A stretch of DNA of 64,000 nt from Actinomycetota bacterium (GTDB lineage: Bacteria; Actinomycetota; Geothermincolia; Geothermincolales; RBG-13-55-18). The translations under genes and the position numbers were made by a program. The notes under the pieces are model-generated. The model did no database searches. It saw only the letters and a program-made list of their open reading frames with translations, and had not been told where the DNA came from. Location of the stretch: positions 15,220 to 79,219 of the forward strand of contig JABLXL010000002.1 in NCBI GenBank assembly GCA_013178005.1, read 5' to 3'. Positions 30,628 through 40,282 of this stretch are shown one piece after another (positions within the stretch are counted from its first letter, which is position 1; every line of letters begins with the position of its first letter).

Positions 30628-31515
30628 GTGCGCGAGGACAGGGGAGAGGTCGTCGTTGAGAGAAGGCCCCCGGCGGGATGGGTGGTCCTTTCCCGACCCG
30701 AGCGCATGAACGCCCTCTCGCCCGAATCGGTGCGCGTCCTTTGGAGGGCTTTGAGTGAGCTCGAGGCCGACCCGGAGATCAGGGCCATAGTGATCACGGG
30801 CGCCGGAGAGGCTTTCTGTGCGGGAATGGAGCTGGCCGGGCTGGAGGGCGGGACTCCCCTGGCGGCGCGACGGCGCTGCCGCGAGGTGCAGGCACTCACG
30901 GGACGTATCTCCGATGCTCCCCTCCCCGTGATCGCCGCCGTGAACGGGGTGGCGTTGGGAGCGGGACTGGAGCTCTGTCTAGCCTGCGATTTCGCCCTAG
31001 CGTCCGAGCGAGCCATGTTCGGTTTCCCCGAAACCAAGTTGGGCATGATCCCCTGCGGCGGCGGCACCCAGAGGCTGGCGCGCCTGGTCGGCTTGCGCAG
31101 GGCGGAGGAGCTTGTGCTCACGGGGCGCGTCCTGACGGCGGAGGAAGCCGGAGACTGGGGCCTGGTGAACCGGGTGACCGGAGAGGGCGCGCTTGAGCGG
31201 GAGGCGGATGAGCTGGCGCGAAGGCTTGCATCCTGCGGAAAGCTGGCCCTTTACCAGGCTAAGCGCTGCGTGAGACACGCCCCGGATATGGGCCTCGAGC
31301 GCGGGCTTGAATACGAGGCGGAGTGTTTCGCCACCTGTTTCTCGAGCGGTGAGCCAACGGCAGCCCTCAGGGGCTACGCCGCGCAGGCGGAGGCCGGAGG
31401 GAAGGAGGATATTCCTGCCTCGACGACGTCTGGAGGAAGCGAGGGTTCACATGCCGCCGCGAGGGAGGAGGCGGGCAGGAGGGAGAGCGGGGAGGAAGAC
31501 GACATATTCGAGTAA
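30628..31515 (+). CDS. enoyl-CoA hydratase/isomerase (crotonase) family protein with acidic C-terminal tail
   Basis: A crotonase-fold oxyanion region (ITGAGEAFCAGMEL; AAVNGVALGAGLEL) is present. The gene has a GTG start. Confidence 0.8.
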   Translation: MREDRGEVVVERRPPAGWVVLSRPERMNALSPESVRVLWRALSELEADPEIRAIVITGAGEAFCAGMELAGLEGGTPLAARRRCREVQALTGRISDAPLPVIAAVNGVALGAGLELCLACDFALASERAMFGFPETKLGMIPCGGGTQRLARLVGLRRAEELVLTGRVLTAEEAGDWGLVNRVTGEGALEREADELARRLASCGKLALYQAKRCVRHAPDMGLERGLEYEAECFATCFSSGEPTAALRGYAAQAEAGGKEDIPASTTSGGSEGSHAAAREEAGRRESGEEDDIFE

Positions 31516-31723
31516 CTCCGCGTGGTCAGCGGGGTTATCTACCTCGGTCGGGAACGCGAAAAGCCGGCGTGGTTCGCGGTCGTTCAGGACAGGCCAAAAC
31601 CGAAACGTTGAGTAAGGGCAACGCACGGCGCGTCCGTGGCGCCTTGCCATGATGCCGGCCTTTGGGCGCGGAAGCCAACGGTTGCCTTTTGTCCCTGGAG
31701 GGATAGACATAGCGGGAGGTTGC

Positions 31724-32506
31724 ATGGAGTTCAAGTACCTGTTGGTGGAGACGGACGGCGAGGGCATCGCCACCATACGGCTCAACCGTCCCGAGGCCAG
31801 GAACGCCCTCAACCTGGAGCTCATCGCCGAGCTGGGAGAGGCGGCGGACATGCTGGCCAGGGACGAGGCCGTGCGGGCGGTGATCGTTACAGGCGGCGAG
31901 GAGAACTTCGCGGCCGGAGGCGACATCAAGGAGATGTCGGGCAAGTACGCGCCCGATATGCTGAACGCGTACGGGGCCGATCTTTCCGGTTTCGAGAAGA
32001 TCGAGCGCATACCCAAGCCGGTGATCGCCGCGGTGAGCGGCTACGCCCTGGGCGGAGGCACGGAGCTCGCCCTGGTGTGCGACATGATCGTGGCCTCGGA
32101 GACGGCCGTCTTCGGCATGCCGGAGATCACCCTGGGCATAATCCCTGGCGCTGGGGGCACCCAGAGGCTCCCCCGCCTCGTAGGGCCCAACCGGGCCAAG
32201 GAGATGATCTTCACCGGGTCCTTCTACGACGCCCGGGCATGCCTGGAGATGGGCCTGGTGAACAAGGTGGTGCCGGTGGAGGAGCTCATGACGGAGGCCA
32301 GGGAGCTGGCGAGGCGATGCATCCGCAACGGGGCCGTGGCGCTGGCCTGCGCCAAGGCGTGCGTAAACGAGGGGATGAACCTCGACCTCTACTCCGGGCT
32401 GGCATACGAGCGGAAGTGCTTTTCCCTGCTCTTCTCCACCGAGGACCAGAAGGAGGGCATGGCCGCCTTCAAGGAGAAGCGCAAGCCGGAGTTCAAGGGC
32501 CGCTGA
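31724..32506 (+). CDS. short-chain enoyl-CoA hydratase (crotonase, Crt-like)
   Basis: MEFKYLLVETDGEGIATIRLNRPEARNALN...AAVSGYALGGGTELALVCD... A GGGAGG RBS precedes the start. The long track ORF in this region is a read-through artefact of a different frame. Confidence 0.9.
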   Translation: MEFKYLLVETDGEGIATIRLNRPEARNALNLELIAELGEAADMLARDEAVRAVIVTGGEENFAAGGDIKEMSGKYAPDMLNAYGADLSGFEKIERIPKPVIAAVSGYALGGGTELALVCDMIVASETAVFGMPEITLGIIPGAGGTQRLPRLVGPNRAKEMIFTGSFYDARACLEMGLVNKVVPVEELMTEARELARRCIRNGAVALACAKACVNEGMNLDLYSGLAYERKCFSLLFSTEDQKEGMAAFKEKRKPEFKGR

Positions 32507-32583
32507 ACGCGCGGCGGAGCCTGAAGGAACAAACCCAAGGCGCCCCTTTGCCTTATCCGTATGTTCGAAGGGAGGAACACCAC

Positions 32584-33726
32584 GTGATCTCGTTTGAGTT
32601 GAGCGAGGAGCAGAAGGCCATCACCAAGGTGGCCCACGAGTTCGCCGAGAAGGAGATCCGCCCCGTGGCGGCGGAATACGACGAGGAGGAAAAGTACCCC
32701 GAGCAATTCATCGAAAAGGCCTTCAAGGCCGGCATGACCTACCTGTACGTTCCCGAGGAATACGGCGGCCAGGGGATGGATTTCCTCACCGCCTGCCTGG
32801 TCAACGAGGAGCTCTCCTGGGGATGCTGCGGTTTTGCCACCATCCTGGGGGCTAACGGCCTGGGGGTCACCCCGCTCCTGGTTGCGGGCACGGAGGAACA
32901 GAAGGAGAAGTACCTCTCGGACCTAACCTCCCGTCCCTCGCTGGCCGCCATGGCGCTCACCGAGCCCGATGCCGGGTCGGATGCGGCGGGGGTGAAGACC
33001 AGCGCGGTGCGGGATGGGGATGTATACGTGCTCAACGGCACCAAGTGCTTCATCTCCAACGGCGGCATCGCCGACCTCACCACCGTTTACGCCGTCACCG
33101 ACCCCTCCAAGGGAGTGCGCGGTCTCTCCTGTTTCCTGGTCCCCAAGGGGAACCCCGGCATCAGCGGGGGCAAGAAGGAGCGCAAGATGGGGGTGCGCGC
33201 CTCGGTCACCTCGGAGGTCATCCTCTCCGACTGCCGCGTGCCGGTCGAGGACCGGCTGGGCGAGGAGGGGGAGGGCTTCAAGATCGCCATGAAGACCCTG
33301 GACAAGGCGAGGGTGAACGTGGCATCGAATTCGGTGGGCATCGCCCGCGCCGCCTTCGAGGCGGCGGTGGATTACGCCAAGCAGAGGGTGCAGTTCGGCC
33401 GTCCCATCGCCGAGAACCAGGCCATCCAGTTCATGCTTGCGGACATGTCCATGGAAATCGAGGCCGCCAGGCTCATGTACATGAAGGCCGCATGGCTGGA
33501 GACCCAGGGGGCGAACTTCACCCGCGAGGCGGCCTACGCCAAGACCTTCTGTTCGGACATGGCCATGCGCGTGACCACCGACGTGGTGCAGGTCTTCGGC
33601 GGGTACGGGTACATGCGCGACTACCCGGTGGAGAAGTACATGCGCGACGCCAAGATAAACCAGATCTGGGACGGCACCAACCAGATACAGCGGATCGTGA
33701 TGGCCCGCAGCATCCTGGGAAAATGA
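32584..33726 (+). CDS. acyl-CoA dehydrogenase (butyryl-CoA dehydrogenase-like)
   Basis: GTG start after a GAAGGGAGGA RBS. The three ACAD domains are present and the C-terminus ends ...IYEGTNQIQ-like (IWDGTNQIQRIVMARSILGK). Confidence 0.9.
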   Translation: MISFELSEEQKAITKVAHEFAEKEIRPVAAEYDEEEKYPEQFIEKAFKAGMTYLYVPEEYGGQGMDFLTACLVNEELSWGCCGFATILGANGLGVTPLLVAGTEEQKEKYLSDLTSRPSLAAMALTEPDAGSDAAGVKTSAVRDGDVYVLNGTKCFISNGGIADLTTVYAVTDPSKGVRGLSCFLVPKGNPGISGGKKERKMGVRASVTSEVILSDCRVPVEDRLGEEGEGFKIAMKTLDKARVNVASNSVGIARAAFEAAVDYAKQRVQFGRPIAENQAIQFMLADMSMEIEAARLMYMKAAWLETQGANFTREAAYAKTFCSDMAMRVTTDVVQVFGGYGYMRDYPVEKYMRDAKINQIWDGTNQIQRIVMARSILGK

Positions 33727-33932
33727 CCGGGTCCGCGCACGGGCGGTCCCCGTCGGCCCGGGAGTCCTTGACGGGCGGGAAGAGTTGCGCACATTATGAT
33801 GCATGTGAGCCGGGCAGCAGCCCGGCGGCATGGTCCGCGGCGCCCCGCGGATGAGATGCGCGGGGCGCGCGAGAGTGAGCAGACAGGGAGGGTTCTCCAC
33901 GGAGAAACGGATGAGGCAAGAGGAGGTTGAGC

Positions 33933-35087
33933 ATGGACTTTGAACTCTCTCAGGAGCAGAAGGCCTTCTTCAAGGAGGTCAAGGAGTTCGCGGAAAAGGA
34001 GATCGCGCCCTTCACGGAGGAATACGACCGCAACAGCGAGTTCTTCTGGGATGGCTGGAAAAAGATGGGAGCAATGGGCCTCCTGGGCCTTCCCTTCCCC
34101 GAGGAGTACGGAGGGTCCGACGCGGGGGCCCTGGACACCGCCATCGCCATGGATGCCTTCGCGGCGGGGGGAGGGGACGCCGGCGTGTCGCTTTCCTGGG
34201 GTGCCCATACCATCATCGGGGGCGTGCCCATCTGGGTGATGGGAAACGAGGAACAGAAGAAGAAGTACCTCCCCGGAATGTGCAGCGGCGAGAAGGTGAG
34301 CTGCTTCGGGCTCACCGAGCCGGACGCCGGTTCCGACGCCGCTTCCCTGAAGACCACCGCGGTGCGGGACGGCGACGAGTACGTCATCAACGGCTCCAAG
34401 ATGTTCATCACCAACGGCCCCATCTGCGACCTTTGCATCGTGATGGCGGTGACCGACAAGGAAAAGGGCGGCGCGGGCATCAGCGCCTTCATCGTGGAGC
34501 GCGACACCCCAGGCTTCGAGGTCAGCCGTGAGCTGGACAAGATGGGCAACCGCACCTCTCCCACCGCCGAGCTGGCCTTCAACGACTGCCGCGTCCCGGC
34601 GGAGAACCTGCTGGGAGCGGAAGGCGAGGGTTTCTACGGGGTGGGCAAGGCCACCCTGGAGTGGGAGCGTGCCATCATGGTGGCCCCGGCGGTGGGCGGC
34701 ATGGAGTGCAACATCAACCGCTGTATCGAGTACGCCAAGGAGAGAAAGCAGTTCGGCAGGCCCATCGGCAAGTTCCAGGCGGTGGCCTTCAAGATCGCGG
34801 AGATGAAGTGCCTTCTTGACGCGGCTCGCCTCCTGGTCTACCGCGTGGCCTGGATGAAGGACCAGGGCATCCCGGCCATGATGGAGGCCTGCGTGTGCAA
34901 GCTCTTCGTCACCGAGAGCGCTTTCAAGGTGGCCAACGAGGCGGTGCAGATCTTCGGAGGCTACGGCTACATCCGCGAGTACCCGGTAGAGCGCACCCTC
35001 AGAGACGCCAAGCTGGGAACCATCGGGGCCGGCACCTCGGAGATCCAGAAGATGATCATCAGCCGGCTGCTCATGGGCAAGTTCTAG
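33933..35087 (+). CDS. acyl-CoA dehydrogenase (second paralog)
   Basis: A GAGGAGG RBS precedes the start. ACAD domains are present and the C-terminus ends ...GAGTSEIQKMIISRLLMGKF. Confidence 0.9.
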   Translation: MDFELSQEQKAFFKEVKEFAEKEIAPFTEEYDRNSEFFWDGWKKMGAMGLLGLPFPEEYGGSDAGALDTAIAMDAFAAGGGDAGVSLSWGAHTIIGGVPIWVMGNEEQKKKYLPGMCSGEKVSCFGLTEPDAGSDAASLKTTAVRDGDEYVINGSKMFITNGPICDLCIVMAVTDKEKGGAGISAFIVERDTPGFEVSRELDKMGNRTSPTAELAFNDCRVPAENLLGAEGEGFYGVGKATLEWERAIMVAPAVGGMECNINRCIEYAKERKQFGRPIGKFQAVAFKIAEMKCLLDAARLLVYRVAWMKDQGIPAMMEACVCKLFVTESAFKVANEAVQIFGGYGYIREYPVERTLRDAKLGTIGAGTSEIQKMIISRLLMGKF

Positions 35088-35117
35088 CGACCGGGCGAGG
35101 GCGGGGGTTCGCCGGGC

Positions 35118-35396
35118 GTGCGCGTGACGGTGCGTCTCACCGGGATCATCCGGCACCATGCCGGGGTCAAGGAAAAGACGTACGAGCTACCCGAGGGAGC
35201 GGTCGCCGCGGATCTGCTGCACCGCGTGGGAGAGGACCTCGGCCACCGCATGCCGCGCCAGTTGTGGGACGCGGACGAAGGGCGCTTCCACCCCATAATC
35301 AAGGTCTCACGCCGCGGGACCCCGTTCCTCGAGGATGGCGACCCCTTGAGGGACGGGGACGAGGTGTATGTCATCTCCCGCATGGCGGGCGGGTAG
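35118..35396 (+). CDS. MoaD/ThiS-like ubiquitin-fold small protein ending in Gly-Gly
   Basis: The 92-aa protein has the C-terminus ...YVISRMAGG followed by a stop. The size and GG terminus fit sulfur-carrier proteins. Confidence 0.55.
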   Translation: MRVTVRLTGIIRHHAGVKEKTYELPEGAVAADLLHRVGEDLGHRMPRQLWDADEGRFHPIIKVSRRGTPFLEDGDPLRDGDEVYVISRMAGG

Positions 35397-35556
35397 GGAA
35401 CCCCGGCGCCCCGCCCCGGCGGAATCGCCGGGCCGGGAGGCGAAGGCGTCAAGGCGCCGCCGGCTTTCCGGACGGCGCGAAGCGTCCATGTGTGCGGCGC
35501 GAAGCCGGAGGATCCGTACGGAGATGTCCTGGGAGGGGTACGGAGCGTAGGGAGGC

Positions 35557-36933
35557 GTGATGAGCGATTACGACGCGATCGTGGTGGGCGCGGGCATCGC
35601 CGGCCTGGGGGTGGCCACGCAGTTGCAGCAGGCGGGCAAGAAGACCTTGCTCCTGGAGATGTACCCCAAGGCGGGGGGGCGCATGCAGTCCTACGACCTG
35701 CCCGGAGGGTACCGCGTGGATATCGGGCTGCACATGATCGAGATGGGCAAGAAGGGGTATTGTCACGAGCTGGGCACGCGCGTGGGCAAGGAGTTCGAGT
35801 GGGCCGCTTTCTCCGTCACCCTGGACCTCTACGAGGGGGGGAAGTGGCAGGACATGCAGACCTTCATCCAGCTCACCGACGAGGAGAAGACGAGCTTCAT
35901 AGAGCTCATGAAGGGCATCGCGGAGATGGGCGAGCCCGACTTCAAGGCATGGGACAGCCGCTCCTTCGACGAATGGCTGGACCGCAACGGCCTCACCGGC
36001 AGCCTGCGCGAGGTATGGGAGAACATGAGCATGATCATGACCACCATACCCGACGCCAGGGAGCAATCGGCGGGGGAGTGCCTATACATCGCCAGGGAGG
36101 CGTTGATTAAGGGCAGGGCGGTGCTCATCGCCGCCTATCCCCGGGGAGGCATGTGGGGCGTGATCGGTCCCCTGGTGGACGCGTTCCAGGAAATGGGAGG
36201 AGAGCTCAGGCTAGGAGCCCGCGTGGAGCAGGTGGTTTTCGAGGGCAGGAAGGTCGCGGGCGTGAAGGTTGCCCGCAGGGGATCCAACCCCATCGCCAAG
36301 GAATGGCGCTTCGTCTCCACCGACCTGGTTACCGCCCCCCTGGTGGTGCTGGCCCTTCCCATCTGGCACCTGGACAAGGTGCTTGATTTCGACCGCCGTT
36401 ACTCCCCGCTGCCGGGTTGGTGGTTGAAGCGCATCGAGGACATCAGGGGGGAGAGGACGGGGCTGCTGGGCTACATCATCGCCACCCGCAGGCCTCTGTA
36501 CGAGCGCACGGTGTTCATGTCCGCGCTGAAGTCGCCGCGCACCGGGCTGCCCCTGCAGGCCTTCGCGCCCACCGCCTTCGATCCCGGGGTGGCCCCGCCC
36601 GACCGTTACCTGCTGGTCACCGACAACGTCGCCGAGCCCTGGGAGCTGGAGGACAAGTTCAACCTGGCGCGGCTCATGGAGCAGCACTGGGAGGACGTGA
36701 AGGAACTCTACTCCTTCGAGGACGGGGAGGTTGAGTTCGCCGTTCCCTACTACACAACCGGGTGCGACGGCCTGGCGCGCAAGCCGGGACTAACCGGGGA
36801 TTTCAAACCGGACGTGCAGGCGCCCTCCGTGGACGGCCTCTTCTTCGCGGGCGATACCTACCTGGGCAGGGGGCTGGCCATAGAGGGGGCGTCACGGTCC
36901 GCCATTCTCTGCGCCGAGCGCATCCTGGGCTGA
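35557..36933 (+). CDS. NAD(P)/FAD-dependent oxidoreductase (amine-oxidase/phytoene-desaturase-like fold)
   Basis: DYDAIVVGAGIAGLGVATQLQQAGKKTLLLE is a dinucleotide-binding motif. The C-terminus has ...FFAGDTY..G.. typical of the FAD fold. Confidence 0.8.
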   Translation: MMSDYDAIVVGAGIAGLGVATQLQQAGKKTLLLEMYPKAGGRMQSYDLPGGYRVDIGLHMIEMGKKGYCHELGTRVGKEFEWAAFSVTLDLYEGGKWQDMQTFIQLTDEEKTSFIELMKGIAEMGEPDFKAWDSRSFDEWLDRNGLTGSLREVWENMSMIMTTIPDAREQSAGECLYIAREALIKGRAVLIAAYPRGGMWGVIGPLVDAFQEMGGELRLGARVEQVVFEGRKVAGVKVARRGSNPIAKEWRFVSTDLVTAPLVVLALPIWHLDKVLDFDRRYSPLPGWWLKRIEDIRGERTGLLGYIIATRRPLYERTVFMSALKSPRTGLPLQAFAPTAFDPGVAPPDRYLLVTDNVAEPWELEDKFNLARLMEQHWEDVKELYSFEDGEVEFAVPYYTTGCDGLARKPGLTGDFKPDVQAPSVDGLFFAGDTYLGRGLAIEGASRSAILCAERILG

Positions 36934-37032
36934 GGGCCGCGCGCGGAGCGCCCTCCCGTTCCGGCCGCGCGTGCTATCATGGGGAGCGTGTTCCCGAGTT
37001 CCTGCGAGAGGAAAGGAGATGCCTCGAAGGTC

Positions 37033-38529
37033 ATGTCCCCCGGGAGGCGTAAGCTGCGCGTGTTGATCGTCTCTGATGCCTGGGGATTCGGGCTCATGGA
37101 GACCAGGCCGCATCCCCTGTGGCAGGTCCGCTACTGGGCCATCCGCAACAAGGCCCTCCTGGTGCCCGAGTACGGGGCCATGTACATCGCCGCCTTCCTC
37201 AAGGGAAGGGGCTTGGACGTCGAGGTCGTCAACCTGGTAGCCGACGTCTTCGAGGACGAGTCCTGGTTCAGGGAGGTGGAGGAGGGGTTGCCGGAACACG
37301 CCCCGTCCACCGCTCCCATCGGGAGCGGGGAGGCGATGACGCGCGCGCGGGAGAACCTGGAGGCAAGGGTCAAGAGTGCACAGCCGGACGTCATCCTCTT
37401 CCCCATCTCCATCTATTACATAGCCTTGCACGCCCGCGAGATGCTGAAGCGCTTGCGGGAGCTGGCGCCCGGAGCGGCCCTGGTGGCCGGCGGTGTGTAT
37501 TCCACCATGCATCCCCAGGAGATCATGGACGACGGAGCCGCGGACTTCGTAGTGCGGGGAGAGGGGGAGTGGACCGCCCTGGAGCTGCTGCGGGCCCTGG
37601 AGGAAAGGGGATCGAACGCGGACTTCTCCGGCATCGCCGGCCTCAGCTGGCGAGACCCCGACGGAGGGGTGGTGCATAACCCGGACAGGGAGCGGGAGAA
37701 AAACATCGACCTCTTCCCCCACATCTATACCGTCTCCGAGGAGTTCGCCATCGGTAACCGCTACCGCATCCTGAAATCCCTGAACCCCCTGGACGACTAC
37801 ATCCCGGGAGGCGGGTTCCTCACCTCCCGCGGCTGCCCGGAGGAATGCACCTTCTGCCTCGACCCCGCGGTCTGGAAGAGGAAGACGCGGTTCCATTCCC
37901 CGGGGTACGTGCGCGAGGTTCTGGATTACTGCTGGGGAAATTTCACTGCGGGCGAGAGGAGCTTCTACTTCGGTGACGCCACCTTCGCCCTCAACCGCCC
38001 GCGACTACGGGCGCTCCTGGAGACGGTCCGGGAGTTCCCCTTCACCTACCACATCCAGACGCGCGCCGATTCGCTCACCCCGGAGGTGCTGGAGGGCCTG
38101 CGGGAGAGCAACTTCGGGAGCGTGGCCATCGGGGCGGAATCGTTCGATGACCGCATCCTGCGGGAGGTGGTGAAGAAGCGCACCACCAGGGAGGAGATCC
38201 TCGGCGCCGTGAGGGCGGTGAAAGCCCACGGCATGACCCCCATCCTCACCTTCATCGCCGGCCTGCCGGGGGAGAGCCGGGAGAGCATGGAGCGCACGGT
38301 GGAGATCCTGCGCCAGGAGGGGATTACCGAGGCGACCTTCTTCCCCCTGGTGGTCTTCCGGGGCACCGCGCTTTACCGCACCTTCCTGGAGACCTTCGGC
38401 GAGGAGGAGCGGGAACGCCTGCGCCTCAATCCCTGGTCGGAGGAATTCTGTTTCGCGGGCGAGGAGTTCTCCTCCATGCAGGAGCTCATCGACTATACCC
38501 AGACGCTCAACGACGCCATCCGCGCCTGA
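37033..38529 (+). CDS. B12-binding-domain radical SAM enzyme
   Basis: The N-terminal KLRVLIVSDAWG... is a Rossmann-like B12-binding domain. The radical SAM motif is CPEECTFC. The start is ambiguous between 36979 and 37033. Confidence 0.85.
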   Translation: MSPGRRKLRVLIVSDAWGFGLMETRPHPLWQVRYWAIRNKALLVPEYGAMYIAAFLKGRGLDVEVVNLVADVFEDESWFREVEEGLPEHAPSTAPIGSGEAMTRARENLEARVKSAQPDVILFPISIYYIALHAREMLKRLRELAPGAALVAGGVYSTMHPQEIMDDGAADFVVRGEGEWTALELLRALEERGSNADFSGIAGLSWRDPDGGVVHNPDREREKNIDLFPHIYTVSEEFAIGNRYRILKSLNPLDDYIPGGGFLTSRGCPEECTFCLDPAVWKRKTRFHSPGYVREVLDYCWGNFTAGERSFYFGDATFALNRPRLRALLETVREFPFTYHIQTRADSLTPEVLEGLRESNFGSVAIGAESFDDRILREVVKKRTTREEILGAVRAVKAHGMTPILTFIAGLPGESRESMERTVEILRQEGITEATFFPLVVFRGTALYRTFLETFGEEERERLRLNPWSEEFCFAGEEFSSMQELIDYTQTLNDAIRA

Positions 38530-38655
38530 GTCCGCGCGCCCCCTCGACCCACAGCTTGATGCGCGGGCGAGGAGTTCTCCTCCATGCAGGAGCTCATCGA
38601 CTATACCCAGACGCTCAACGACGCCATCCGCGCCTGAGTCCGCGCGCCCCCTCGA
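38442..38655. repeat. tandem duplication (~95 bp, 2 identical copies, ~25-bp spacer) of the 3' end of the radical-SAM gene
   Basis: 38442-38535 and 38561-38655 are identical. Both copies include the last ~27 codons plus the stop and 20 nt downstream. Confidence 0.85.
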
Positions 38656-38741
38656 TTGGCGCGCTTTCGCGGGTGAGGATATTATAGGAGTAGAACACGG
38701 AGCACGTTGCCGAGTTTACGGGAAGGACGCTTCGCCGGGGA

Positions 38742-39830
38742 GTGAGGGAAATGAACACCAAGGAGTTGAGGACCTTCGCGCGCAGCAGGATCTTCTCCAC
38801 TTTCGAGGAAAGGGCCGCCAAGGGGGGTTTCGACCGCGGTTTGTGGAGGGAGATGGCGGAGTCAGGGGTCGTCGGGATGGCCCTGGACAAACGGTACGGC
38901 GGCGGGGGAGCCGGGATGGGGGAATTCGTGGAATGCGTGTCCCTTCTCGCCGGCGAGGGCCTTGACCTGGGGCTGACCCTGAGCCTGATCGATCATGTCG
39001 TGCTCTGTGCCTACCCCCTGCAGGTCTTCGGCTCGAAGTGGTTGAAGGAGCGCTACCTGCCCCCGCTGTGCAAGGGCGACTGCATAGGGGCGGCGGCGGT
39101 TTCGGAGGATGACGGCGGCGGGGACCCGAAACGCATGCGGAGCTCGGCGGCGCGCGCGGGAGACGGCTATACCCTGAGCGGGGTCAAAGGACCGGTGACC
39201 AACGCCCCCGTGGCCGACCTCTTCCTGGTGGTGGCGGCCACCGATCCCGGCGCGGGGAAGGACGGGCTTTCCGCTTTCCTGGTGGAGAGGGCGGCTGGCG
39301 TGCGGGTGGAGGAGCTGGGGCTGGGATTTCTTCCCACCTCTCCCCACGGGCGCGTGATCCTGGACGGGGTGCGGGTCTCCGCGGATCACCTCCTGGGGGA
39401 AGAGGGGTGGGGGCACGAGAAGATCTCCCGCTCTCTCTTCATCTGGGAGAGGAGCGCCTTGATCCCGGTAGTGGTCTCGTACCTCGAGCGCTGGCATCAC
39501 CTGGTGGTTTCCAGCCTGGACCCCGAGGGCATCTCGCCCGATTTGCGCACTCTCCTGGCCCGCAGGAAGGTGGAGCTCACCGCGTACCGCGCCCTTGGTT
39601 CCCGACTCCTGGAACTCACCTTCGGCGAGGCGGAGAACGGGCGCGAGCGCCTGGAGCTCCTGCTCTTTTTCGGCAAAACCCTGCCGGAGTGGGTGGAGAG
39701 CATGCGCGCCGCGGTGGAGGAGGCCAGGGTGCCGCTGGACGAGACCCTGCGGGCCATGGACCGTGACCTGCGCCTCCTGGAGGTGGGCGGCTCACTTCTC
39801 GACTGGCAGTTCCAGAAACTCCTTTTCTGA
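38742..39830 (+). CDS. acyl-CoA dehydrogenase family protein (third paralog, divergent)
   Basis: The ACAD N- and middle-domain pattern is present (...GDPKRMRSSAARAGDGYTLSGVKGPVTNA...). The C-terminal domain is shorter and less conserved. Confidence 0.7.
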   Translation: MREMNTKELRTFARSRIFSTFEERAAKGGFDRGLWREMAESGVVGMALDKRYGGGGAGMGEFVECVSLLAGEGLDLGLTLSLIDHVVLCAYPLQVFGSKWLKERYLPPLCKGDCIGAAAVSEDDGGGDPKRMRSSAARAGDGYTLSGVKGPVTNAPVADLFLVVAATDPGAGKDGLSAFLVERAAGVRVEELGLGFLPTSPHGRVILDGVRVSADHLLGEEGWGHEKISRSLFIWERSALIPVVVSYLERWHHLVVSSLDPEGISPDLRTLLARRKVELTAYRALGSRLLELTFGEAENGRERLELLLFFGKTLPEWVESMRAAVEEARVPLDETLRAMDRDLRLLEVGGSLLDWQFQKLLF

Positions 39831-39841
39831 ACCTGCATGGT

Positions 39842-40060
39842 GCGGAATCGTCCCGGCGCGCTTCCCGGTCTTAAGAAGTCCCTGAAGACTTCCCCGTCAT
39901 CCTGACAGAGCAAGCAAGTTCGGCGGGGAAAAGAGTCGGTCCTCCGGGCGTTCAATCCGTGAACCATGTTGCCGGGTCCGTTCTCCGCATGCGGAATCGT
40001 CCCGGGGCGCTCTCCGGGTTGAAGAAATCCCGGGAGCCCTCCCAGTCATACTTACAAAGC
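39842..40060. repeat. imperfect direct repeat (2 x ~80 bp) in the leader region of the glycyl-radical-enzyme gene
   Basis: tgcggaatcgtcccgg(c/g)gcgct(t/c)tccgg(t/g)(c)t(t)aagaa(g/a)tccc...agcaagcaa appears twice. Confidence 0.6.
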
Positions 40061-40282
40061 AAGCAAACAAGATAGTTGGGGAGGGAGAAGTATCCTACCG
40101 ATTAAGCCGGATTATACGGCGCTACGCTTGCCTTAACTTGGGTCAGGGAGCGCTTTTTGCTAACCTGTTAAGTGACGGGCGTCATTTCGCCACGGAGCGC
40201 GCGGATATATCCTGGCGACAGGAGCAGGCGTGTTCTTCGAGGCCGGGCGGGTCCGGCCGGAACCCTGGGAGGTGCGGAGAGG

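Noticed and set aside
31636-33726. 696-aa track ORF apparently fusing crotonase and acyl-CoA dehydrogenase regions
   Set aside because: Its N-terminal half is an out-of-frame read-through of the crotonase gene with Arg/Gly-rich nonsense. The real ACAD starts at the GTG at 32584 with its own RBS.
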